From Clostridiales bacterium (GTDB lineage Bacteria; Bacillota; Clostridia; Saccharofermentanales; Saccharofermentanaceae), in contig JAFWDK010000014.1 of assembly GCA_017513085.1 (NCBI GenBank), positions 1 through 11,394 on the forward strand: a stretch of DNA of 11,394 nt, in the 5' to 3' direction. Each line of letters opens with the position of its first letter. Within the stretch, counting starts at the first letter, position 1. Both the position numbers and the translations under genes were made by a program. Shown in pieces: positions 1 through 6,848 of this stretch. The notes under the pieces were generated by a model. That model made no database searches. It was given only the letters and a program-made list of their open reading frames with translations, and was not told the DNA's origin.

Positions 1-908
1 GCGATCGCGTGCAGACAGCGGTGAACGGCACCGCCGTGCTCATCCTCGCTGCAGAAATCCTGACGGACCGGTTTTTCCTGATAGCGCGCTATATGGATCG
101 CGTGGTCGATCAGTTCCTCGATGCCCTCGTTCTTGGCAGCCGAGATCGCGACGACCGGCGTCCCGAGCAGCGCCTCCATATGGTTGACATCGATGCTTCC
201 GCCGTTGGCTGTCATTTCATCCATCATGTTCAGGGCGACGACGACCGGGATATCCATCTCCAGAAGCTGGATCGTCAGATACAGGTTCCGTTCGATATTG
301 GTGGCGTCGACGATATTGATGATCGCCTGCGGTTTTTCCTCCAGTACGAAATTACGGGAGACGATCTCTTCACTGCTGTAGGGAGACATCGAATAGATAC
401 CGGGCAGATCGGTCACGATGACATTCGGATGTCCCTGGATCTTTCCGTCTTTTCTGTCGACGGTCACGCCCGGGAAGTTGCCTACATGCTGATTGGAACC
501 GGTGAGCCGGTTAAAAAGCGTCGTTTTGCCGGAATTCTGATTTCCGACCAGACCGAAAAGCAGCTGCGCGTCTTTTGCATAGACTTCAATATCGCTTTTA
601 CTGTGGTATTTACCGCCTTCCCCGAGACCGGGATGGCTGATCTTTGCCTTTTTCTGCGGGTGGTCCTTTGTCTGCGCGCTCACGCTCAAAGGCTCCACTT
701 CGATCCGGGCCGCATCCTCAAGACGCAGCGTCAGTTCGTAACCGTGGATCATCAGCTCGATCGGATCGCCCAGCGGGGCATATTTGATCACGGTGACCTC
801 TGCCCCGGGGATCACGCCCATATCCAGGAAATGCTGCCGCAGAGCGCCGTCACCGCCGACTTTGGTGATGCGCGCTGTCTGCAGGATCTCCATATCTTTA
901 ATCGTCAT
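1..908 (-). CDS. feoB: Ferrous iron transport protein B with fused N-terminal FeoA domain (runs off the left edge of the window)
   Basis: Manual translation of the minus strand from ATG at 908 is open to the window edge. It reads MTIKDMEILQTARITKVGGDGALRQHFLDMGVIPGAEVTVIKYAPLGDPIELMIHGYELTLR (FeoA SH3-like signature), then the FeoB GTPase motifs G1 GNQNSGKT, G2 NFPGVTVD, G3 DLPG, G4 NMMD and G5 SAAKNEG. A GAGGAG RBS lies 10 nt upstream. Not in the ORF track because its stop is outside the window. Confidence 0.95.
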   Translation of the reverse strand, partial: MTIKDMEILQTARITKVGGDGALRQHFLDMGVIPGAEVTVIKYAPLGDPIELMIHGYELTLRLEDAARIEVEPLSVSAQTKDHPQKKAKISHPGLGEGGKYHSKSDIEVYAKDAQLLFGLVGNQNSGKTTLFNRLTGSNQHVGNFPGVTVDRKDGKIQGHPNVIVTDLPGIYSMSPYSSEEIVSRNFVLEEKPQAIINIVDATNIERNLYLTIQLLEMDIPVVVALNMMDEMTANGGSIDVNHMEALLGTPVVAISAAKNEGIEELIDHAIHIARYQEKPVRQDFCSEDEHGGAVHRCLHAI

Positions 909-924
909 GTATCTGTATCTCCTC

Positions 925-951
925 GTCCCCTCTCCCTTATACAGAGGGGAC
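925..951 (-). promoter_or_regulatory. Perfect 9-bp stem-loop directly 5' of the feoB ribosome-binding site
   Basis: GTCCCCTCT (925-933) and AGAGGGGAC (943-951) are exact reverse complements with a 9-nt loop. The stem abuts the GAGGAG RBS on the minus strand. Function is inferred. Confidence 0.4.
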
Positions 952-1025
952 CGTACTGTAAAGCTCAGTATCTATATTCTAATCTAAAACTCTCGATATT
1001 CACAGTTAAAACAGGAAGATATACG

Positions 1026-1045
1026 TGAAGCATAATTATACTTGA
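1026..1045 (-). promoter_or_regulatory. Putative feoB -10 element inside an imperfect palindrome (candidate operator)
   Basis: ATTATA at 1035-1040 reads TATAAT on the minus strand. It lies within TGAAGCATAATTATACTTGA, whose arms match at 8 of 10 positions. No convincing -35 seen. Confidence 0.35.
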
Positions 1046-1125
1046 TTTACTCGGATTTCAGCTTTTATGTTAAAAAAATCTCAAGTATTGTATTAGAATG
1101 ATAATGGAGAAATATGGAGGATACT

Positions 1126-3918
1126 ATGATCCCAGAGAATCTAAAGAACTACATGTTCAATGAACAGGATTTTTTCAATGAAGACTATGTCTGCACAGAT
1201 CCTGAAAAAGAACAGTTAGTCAAGGAACTGGCTAACATGATCACAGACGACATCCAGGTCCACAGCGCCAAGGATGTTGATGTGCACTCTCCGGACTTCT
1301 GGCTGCTGGACCGCCTGCTCACCAAGGAACAGGTCCGCTTCATGCTGTCGTTCAAGAAGAAGAGAGTCGTAAAACTGCTTCCGGAACAGATGGCGGAAAG
1401 AAACCACATGACCCCGGAAGAAGCCGAAAAGATGGCATTCGAGATCTGTGAGATCGGTCTGATGGAATTTGACCGTGAGAACCCGGAACACCGCCGTCAG
1501 TATTTCATCCCGAAATGGGTCGTCGGTTCCGGCGAGTACATGATGATGAATTCCAAGCTGCTGAAGGATCATCCGGAAGTCGCTACGTTCTTCAACTATC
1601 AGTCCAGTGTGCCGGTCGGCAAAGTCGCCCGCTTCGTTCCTCCGGGAGGAGGCGGACTGGGCATGCATGTCATCCCGGTCGAAAAAGCGATCGAACACGA
1701 AAGCAAGTCGGTCAGCGTGGAGCACCTCTCCCACTGGCTGAAGAAGTACGACAAATTCTGTGTCGACGTATGTTCCTGCCGCAGACAGCAGGCAATGCGC
1801 GGCGAAGGTGTCGGTGACATCGAAGGCTATATGTGTCTTGCGGTCGGCGACATGGCGGAATACATTGTTGAGACCCACAAGGACGCTTACTACATCACTT
1901 ACGACGAAGTCATGGAGATCCTGGAACGTTCCGAAAAGAAAGGTTTCGTTCACCAGATCACCAACCTCGACGGCGAAGACAAGATCGTCGGTATCTGCAA
2001 CTGCTCACCGGGCACCTGCAACGCGATCCGTACATCCCAGCTCTTCAACACCCCGAACATGTCCGCTTCCGCGTACCGTGCCCATGTCGATAAGGAAAAA
2101 TGTGTCGCCTGCGGCAAGTGTGTCGAAGTCTGTCCGGTCGGTGCTGCCAAGCTCGGCCAGAAGCTCTGCCTGAAAGACGGCAGCAGCGTCGTTTATCCGA
2201 AGACTGAACTGCCGGATGCCCAGAAATGGGGACCGGATAAATGGAACAAGAACTTCCGTGAAGACGCGAAGCTCAATGTCTACGATACCGGTACCGCTCC
2301 GTGTAAGACCGCCTGCCCTGCCCACCTGGCAGTCCAGGGTTACATCCGCATGGCGGCGGAAGGAAGATATCTCGATGCCCTGAAGCTCATCAAGCAGGAC
2401 AACCCGTTCCCGGCTGTCTGCGGTATGGTCTGCAACAAGCGCTGTGAAGAGCGCTGCACCAGAGGCACGATCGACCGGCCGGTCGCGATCGATGAGATCA
2501 AGAAGTTCATCGCTCTGCAGGAGCTGAACGCGGAAACACGCTATGTTCCGGAATGCTACAACGATGTCGGCGAACAGTGGGACGACTACAAGATCGCTGT
2601 TATCGGTGCCGGTCCGGCAGGTCTCTCCGCCGCTTACTATCTGCGCAAACAGGGCTATCCGGTCACTGTCTTCGAAAAAGAAGAAAGACCGGGCGGTATG
2701 CTGCGCTACGGTATCCCGAACTTCCGTCTTGAAAAAGATGTCATCGACGCTGAGATCGAAGTCATCCGCATGATGGGTGCTGATATCCGCTGCGGTGTGG
2801 AAGTCGGTAAGGACATCACGATCGAAGACCTCCGCAAGCAAGGCTACAAAGCATTCTATGTCGCCATTGGTATGCAGACAGGCAGAAAAGCCGGTATCCC
2901 GAATGAGGAATACGCAGTCAGCGGTGTCGACTTCTTAAGAGAAGCAAACAAGACCTGCAGCGATTCGATCCTGCACGGTAAGACAGTCGTCATCGGCGGC
3001 GGCAACGTCGCGATCGATGTCGCCAGAACCGCTCTCCGCGCCGGCGCAACGAACGTTGAGATGTACTGCCTTGAAGGACCGGATGAAATGCCGGCTGCCA
3101 AAGACGAGATCGCCGAAGCGACTGCCGAAGGCGTTACCATCAAGAACTGCTGGGGTCCGAAAGAGATCCTGGTCGAAGACGGCAAGATCAAGGGCATCGT
3201 TATGAAACAGTGTGTCCAGGTCTATGACGCCAATAAGAAATTCAACCCGGTCTACGACGAAAACGAACTCAAGACCGTCGAATGCGACCATGTTCTCATG
3301 TCCATCGGCCAGGCTGCGGTCTGGGGCGATCTGCTCAAGGGAACGAAAGTCGAAGTTCGTCCGAACGGTACGGCTGTTGCCGATCCGGTCACCTGCCAGA
3401 CAGGCGAAGCCGATATCTTTGTCGGCGGTGATGTCTTCAAGGGTGCCAGATTCGCGATCGACGCGATCGCCGAAGGCAGAGAGGGATTCGTCTCCATCAA
3501 CCGTTTCGTCCATTACGGTCAGAGCTTAACGATCGGACGTGATCTGCGTCAGTTCAAGGAACTCGACAGAGATGATATCGCTCTGGAATCCTACGATAAC
3601 GCGCAGCGTCAGGTACCGGGCTACAAGCCGGGTGATGCCGCTCATACATACGAAGATCTGCGTCTTGCCCTGACAGAAGAACAAGTACGGGCAGAAGCGA
3701 ACCGCTGTCTGAAGTGCGGCGCTTCCTACGTCGATGTCAACCGTTGTATCGGCTGCGGTCTGTGCACGACCCGCTGTGAATTCGACGCGATCCATCTGAC
3801 AAGAGACATGCCGAAAGCTTCCCGCATGTATACGGCGGAAGACGGCAAGCTCAAAGCGATCCTGCCGAACATCGCGGCCCGCGGTGTACGCATCCTGCTC
3901 AACAATCACAAGAAATAA
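1126..3918 (+). CDS. Large FAD/NAD(P)-dependent oxidoreductase with multiple 4Fe-4S domains (GltD/NfnB-like core plus ferredoxin and Cys-rich N-terminal domains)
   Basis: Ferredoxin motifs CVACGKCVEVCP and CIGCGLCTTRCE; GltD-type Fe-S region APCKTACPAH...NPFPAVCGMVCNKRCEERC; Rossmann motifs IAVIGAGPAGLSAA and VVIGGGNVAIDVAR; IFVGGD FAD motif. The ORF track starts at 1114, but GGAGG at 1116-1120 favours ATG 1126. Confidence 0.9.
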   Translation: MIPENLKNYMFNEQDFFNEDYVCTDPEKEQLVKELANMITDDIQVHSAKDVDVHSPDFWLLDRLLTKEQVRFMLSFKKKRVVKLLPEQMAERNHMTPEEAEKMAFEICEIGLMEFDRENPEHRRQYFIPKWVVGSGEYMMMNSKLLKDHPEVATFFNYQSSVPVGKVARFVPPGGGGLGMHVIPVEKAIEHESKSVSVEHLSHWLKKYDKFCVDVCSCRRQQAMRGEGVGDIEGYMCLAVGDMAEYIVETHKDAYYITYDEVMEILERSEKKGFVHQITNLDGEDKIVGICNCSPGTCNAIRTSQLFNTPNMSASAYRAHVDKEKCVACGKCVEVCPVGAAKLGQKLCLKDGSSVVYPKTELPDAQKWGPDKWNKNFREDAKLNVYDTGTAPCKTACPAHLAVQGYIRMAAEGRYLDALKLIKQDNPFPAVCGMVCNKRCEERCTRGTIDRPVAIDEIKKFIALQELNAETRYVPECYNDVGEQWDDYKIAVIGAGPAGLSAAYYLRKQGYPVTVFEKEERPGGMLRYGIPNFRLEKDVIDAEIEVIRMMGADIRCGVEVGKDITIEDLRKQGYKAFYVAIGMQTGRKAGIPNEEYAVSGVDFLREANKTCSDSILHGKTVVIGGGNVAIDVARTALRAGATNVEMYCLEGPDEMPAAKDEIAEATAEGVTIKNCWGPKEILVEDGKIKGIVMKQCVQVYDANKKFNPVYDENELKTVECDHVLMSIGQAAVWGDLLKGTKVEVRPNGTAVADPVTCQTGEADIFVGGDVFKGARFAIDAIAEGREGFVSINRFVHYGQSLTIGRDLRQFKELDRDDIALESYDNAQRQVPGYKPGDAAHTYEDLRLALTEEQVRAEANRCLKCGASYVDVNRCIGCGLCTTRCEFDAIHLTRDMPKASRMYTAEDGKLKAILPNIAARGVRILLNNHKK

Positions 3919-3999
3919 AAGAAAGGAGGAACCGGAAGGTCTCTACTCATAAGACAATATGAGGAAAGTATCTGTCAGTCAGTGAGTGGGAAACGAATT

Positions 4000-4038
4000 A
4001 CAGCTATGGAGTATATACTCTGTAGCTGTTTTCTTTTT
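4000..4038 (+). terminator. Rho-independent terminator insulating the R-M locus from the oxidoreductase transcript
   Basis: ACAGCTATGGAGTA-TA-TACTCTGTAGCTGT forms a long stem with two G-U pairs that work only on the + transcript. It is followed by TTTCTTTTT. Confidence 0.8.
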
Positions 4039-4059
4039 GTCGCTTTCTAACGTTGAAAT

Positions 4060-4078
4060 AATCAACCATCCGTTGATT
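4060..4078. promoter_or_regulatory. Candidate operator: 7-5-7 palindrome overlapping the -35
   Basis: AATCAAC-CATCC-GTTGATT is a perfect inverted repeat. A further GTTGA half-site at 4052-4056 pairs with TCAAC at 4062-4066. Confidence 0.5.
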
Positions 4079-4102
4079 GGGAGAATTTGAAAATGGTATA
4101 AT
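4073..4102 (+). promoter_or_regulatory. Sigma-A promoter for the Xre gene / hsd operon
   Basis: TTGATT (4073-4078), an 18-bp spacer, and a perfect extended -10 TGgTATAAT (4094-4102), about 40 nt upstream of the ATG at 4142. Confidence 0.75.
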
Positions 4103-4112
4103 CCCCTTAGAA

Positions 4113-4125
4113 AGTGATAATCACT
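4113..4125. promoter_or_regulatory. Candidate operator: 6-1-6 palindrome just downstream of the predicted transcription start
   Basis: AGTGAT-A-ATCACT is a perfect inverted repeat between the -10 and the RBS. Confidence 0.4.
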
Positions 4126-4141
4126 GGAAAAGAGGATCAAC

Positions 4142-4372
4142 ATGGCTCTTTCGTATAACAGGTTGTGGCATGTCCTTGTGGATAAGAAAATGTCAAAGAC
4201 GGATCTAAGGAGAGCGGCAGGTTTAACTACCAATGCCCTTGCCAAGTTCGGAAAAGACGAATCTGTTCCCCTGGAAACACTGGAAAAGGTATGCAGGGTA
4301 TTGGATTGCACCTTTGATGATGTGGTCGAGATAGTTCCGGATAAAGAAGAATCCGGCAGGATTATTGAATAG
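4142..4372 (+). CDS. Xre/Cro-C1 family helix-turn-helix transcriptional regulator
   Basis: 76 aa: MALSYNRLWHVLVDKKMSKTDLRRAAGLTTNALAKFGKDESVPLETLEKVCRVLDCTFDDVVE. This is the typical small Bacillota Cro/C1-type HTH pattern (SYxxLW...L.KIC..L.C...D.VE). AGAGGA RBS upstream. Confidence 0.9.
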   Translation: MALSYNRLWHVLVDKKMSKTDLRRAAGLTTNALAKFGKDESVPLETLEKVCRVLDCTFDDVVEIVPDKEESGRIIE

Positions 4373-4480
4373 GCAGTTTTGATTTAATGGTTATAGATTT
4401 ATCCCGATTGTAGCGGGATAGGCATTTTTACAAACATGAACTTCTGATAACTTTATCTTATCGGAAGCAGGAGGATAGAT

Positions 4481-6847
4481 ATGGGAACAATCCTACCAAA
4501 GAAATTAATGAGTGAAGAAGATATAAAGCTGAACTATATTACTCCGGCTCTGCTTTCCCGTGGATGGCAAAACAAGATCACCATGGAGACAGCTGTTAAG
4601 TTTACTGACGGCAAGATCAATATCCGTGGAAACATTGTCGCCAGAGAGGCTCCCAAAAAAGCCGATTATATTCTCTATATAAACTCAAATAATCCGATTG
4701 CGGTTGTTGAAGCCAAGGATAACAATTACTCTGTTTCCTTTGGCCTGCAACAGGCAATGACTTATGCAAAAATGCTTGATATTCCCTTTGCATACAGCTC
4801 AAACGGCGATGCTTTCTATGAACATGATTTTCTGACAGGATTTGAAAGACAGATTGAACTTGATGATTTCCCGACATACGGAGAACTGATTGAACGATAC
4901 AAAGCTGAATCAGGGATGACGGATGCAGAAGCAGCTATTCTCGATCAGCCTTACTACATCAACGTAAACACATATCCTCCGCGCTATTATCAGAGAGTAG
5001 CAATAAACAGAACCGTCGATGCAATAGCAAAAGGTCAAGAGAGATTGCTTCTGGTCATGGCAACCGGAACCGGCAAAACATACACTGCATTCCAGATTGT
5101 TTACCGCCTGCTTAGAGCCGGAATTAAAAGAAAGATTCTATATCTTGCAGACAGGAATATTCTGGTTGATCAGTCGATTCAGCAGGACTTTTCTCCATTG
5201 GAGAAGACCATTCATAAGATCAACTTTGCTAAGGATGATCCTACTACCATTACATCACACGAGGTATATTTCTCCCTTTATCAGCAGCTATCCGGTAATG
5301 ACGATACAGAGGAAGAAATCGACGATGATGCAGTAGGAAAACTTGCCACGCTATTCAAGCCGGATTTCTTTGATCTCGTTATCGTTGACGAGTGCCACAG
5401 GGGATCTGCCAAGAAGGACAGCAACTGGAGAAAGATTCTGGAATACTTCGAATCCGCTACCCAGATCGGCATGACAGCCACCCCTAAAGAAACGGCATAT
5501 GTTTCAAATATCGATTATTTTGGAGAACCTATCTATACGTACAGTCTGCGTGAAGGTATAGATGACGGGTTCCTTGCCCCGTTCAGAGTCGTCAACATTA
5601 CTACCGATATCGGTGACGGCTGGAGGCCGTATAAAGGACAGAGAGATATCTATGGTCAGGAAATCGAGGACAGGATCTACAACAACAGCGACTATGATTA
5701 CAACATCATTATCGAAGACAGAATAAAGCAGGTTGCGGAAGAAATAACCAAATATCTGAAACAAACGGATAGAATGGCGAAGACCATCGTTTTTTGCGCT
5801 ACCGAAGAGCATGCGGAAAGAATGAGAATCGCTCTGATTAATACGAATGCAGATATGGTAAAGCAGAATCCCGATTACGTGGTTCGCATCACCGGAAGCG
5901 ATGCATACGGAAAGAGCAAGCTTGACTACTTTATCTCTGTATCAGCGAAATATCCGGTTATTGCGACTACATCGAAACTGTTATCTACCGGTGCAGACTG
6001 CAAAATGACCAAGCTGATCGTTTTGGATCAGATGATTAACTCCATGACAGAATTCAAGCAGATCATCGGCCGTGGAACACGAATTAGGGAAAAAGAAGGC
6101 AAGATGCACTTTACGGTCATGGATTTCCGTGGTGTTTCAAGGCTATTTGCTGATCCAGACTGGGATGGGCCGATTGAACCCGATCCCGATTATGATCCGG
6201 ATAGACCAGGACCAGGTCCGGTTGATCCGCCATTGCCCCCAGGACCGGGGCCAATAGACCCTCCTGTAACCAAATACAAGCCTGTGGTAGACCGCAACGG
6301 CTGCAGAGTAGAGATTATAAACAAAACAGTGGCTATCTATGATTCAAACGGAAAACTGCTGAGACAGGAAAGCATCATCGATTATACAAGGACAAACATC
6401 ACCGGCGAATATGCATCACTGGATAACTTCATCCAGCGGTGGAATGCCGAGGAAAAGAAGGAAGAGATCCAAAAACTATTACTCGAAAGAGGGATTGATC
6501 TTGAAGCGATGAAGGCCGAACAGGATATGACAGATGTGGATGACTTCGATTTCATCTGCCATGTCGCTTATGACCAGAAACCTCTTACACGAAAAGAGCG
6601 TGCCGAAGGTGTAAAGAAACAGGACTTCTTCAGCCAATACAGCGGTGTGGCCAGAGAAGTGCTGGAGACACTGCTGGATAAATACATGAACATAGGCATC
6701 TATCAGATCGAGAATTTGGATATCCTCAAAACCGACGATTTCAGGAAATTCGGCAGTCAGTCAAAGATTGCCAGTTATTTTGGCGGGAAGCTCGGGTATC
6801 TGAATGCTGTTCATTCATTGGGAAATGCGATATACGGAGTAGCGTAA
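4481..6847 (+). CDS. hsdR: Type I restriction enzyme endonuclease/translocase subunit (EcoAI/EcoEI-like short HsdR)
   Basis: Nuclease motif ADYILY...VVEAK; Walker A MATGTGKT; DECH box; motif III TAT; motif VI QIIGRGTR. AGGAGG RBS at 4469-4474. Adjacent to hsdM and hsdS. Confidence 0.96.
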   Translation: MGTILPKKLMSEEDIKLNYITPALLSRGWQNKITMETAVKFTDGKINIRGNIVAREAPKKADYILYINSNNPIAVVEAKDNNYSVSFGLQQAMTYAKMLDIPFAYSSNGDAFYEHDFLTGFERQIELDDFPTYGELIERYKAESGMTDAEAAILDQPYYINVNTYPPRYYQRVAINRTVDAIAKGQERLLLVMATGTGKTYTAFQIVYRLLRAGIKRKILYLADRNILVDQSIQQDFSPLEKTIHKINFAKDDPTTITSHEVYFSLYQQLSGNDDTEEEIDDDAVGKLATLFKPDFFDLVIVDECHRGSAKKDSNWRKILEYFESATQIGMTATPKETAYVSNIDYFGEPIYTYSLREGIDDGFLAPFRVVNITTDIGDGWRPYKGQRDIYGQEIEDRIYNNSDYDYNIIIEDRIKQVAEEITKYLKQTDRMAKTIVFCATEEHAERMRIALINTNADMVKQNPDYVVRITGSDAYGKSKLDYFISVSAKYPVIATTSKLLSTGADCKMTKLIVLDQMINSMTEFKQIIGRGTRIREKEGKMHFTVMDFRGVSRLFADPDWDGPIEPDPDYDPDRPGPGPVDPPLPPGPGPIDPPVTKYKPVVDRNGCRVEIINKTVAIYDSNGKLLRQESIIDYTRTNITGEYASLDNFIQRWNAEEKKEEIQKLLLERGIDLEAMKAEQDMTDVDDFDFICHVAYDQKPLTRKERAEGVKKQDFFSQYSGVAREVLETLLDKYMNIGIYQIENLDILKTDDFRKFGSQSKIASYFGGKLGYLNAVHSLGNAIYGVA

Positions 6848-6848
6848 T

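Noticed and set aside
9-1028. 339-aa + strand ORF in the track
   Set aside because: It is the codon-aligned antisense shadow of feoB, with no recognisable motifs or RBS.
1094-1112. Fur-box-like AATGATAAT upstream of the oxidoreductase, near feoB
   Set aside because: Only 11/19 match to GATAATGATAATCATTATC, with no symmetric right half.
1185-3909. Many overlapping ORFs, including long minus-strand ones (1216..1953, 2005..2841, 2935..3513, 3526..3909)
   Set aside because: They are shadow frames of the GC-biased oxidoreductase gene with no independent motifs.
3921-4038. Several GGA motifs followed by a terminator, resembling a CsrB-type sRNA or other ncRNA
   Set aside because: Few motifs fit ANGGA-in-loop geometry, no promoter is visible, and I recognise no riboswitch, ribozyme or tRNA core.
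4110-4128. Fur-box resemblance (13/19) of the AGTGATAATCACT palindrome, suggesting iron control of the R-M operon
   Set aside because: The match is limited to the central palindrome in AT-rich DNA. An operator for the adjacent Xre protein is the simpler explanation.
3979-4311. 110-aa minus-strand ORF
   Set aside because: It is antisense to the Xre gene and runs through its promoter and the terminator, so it is not a credible protein.
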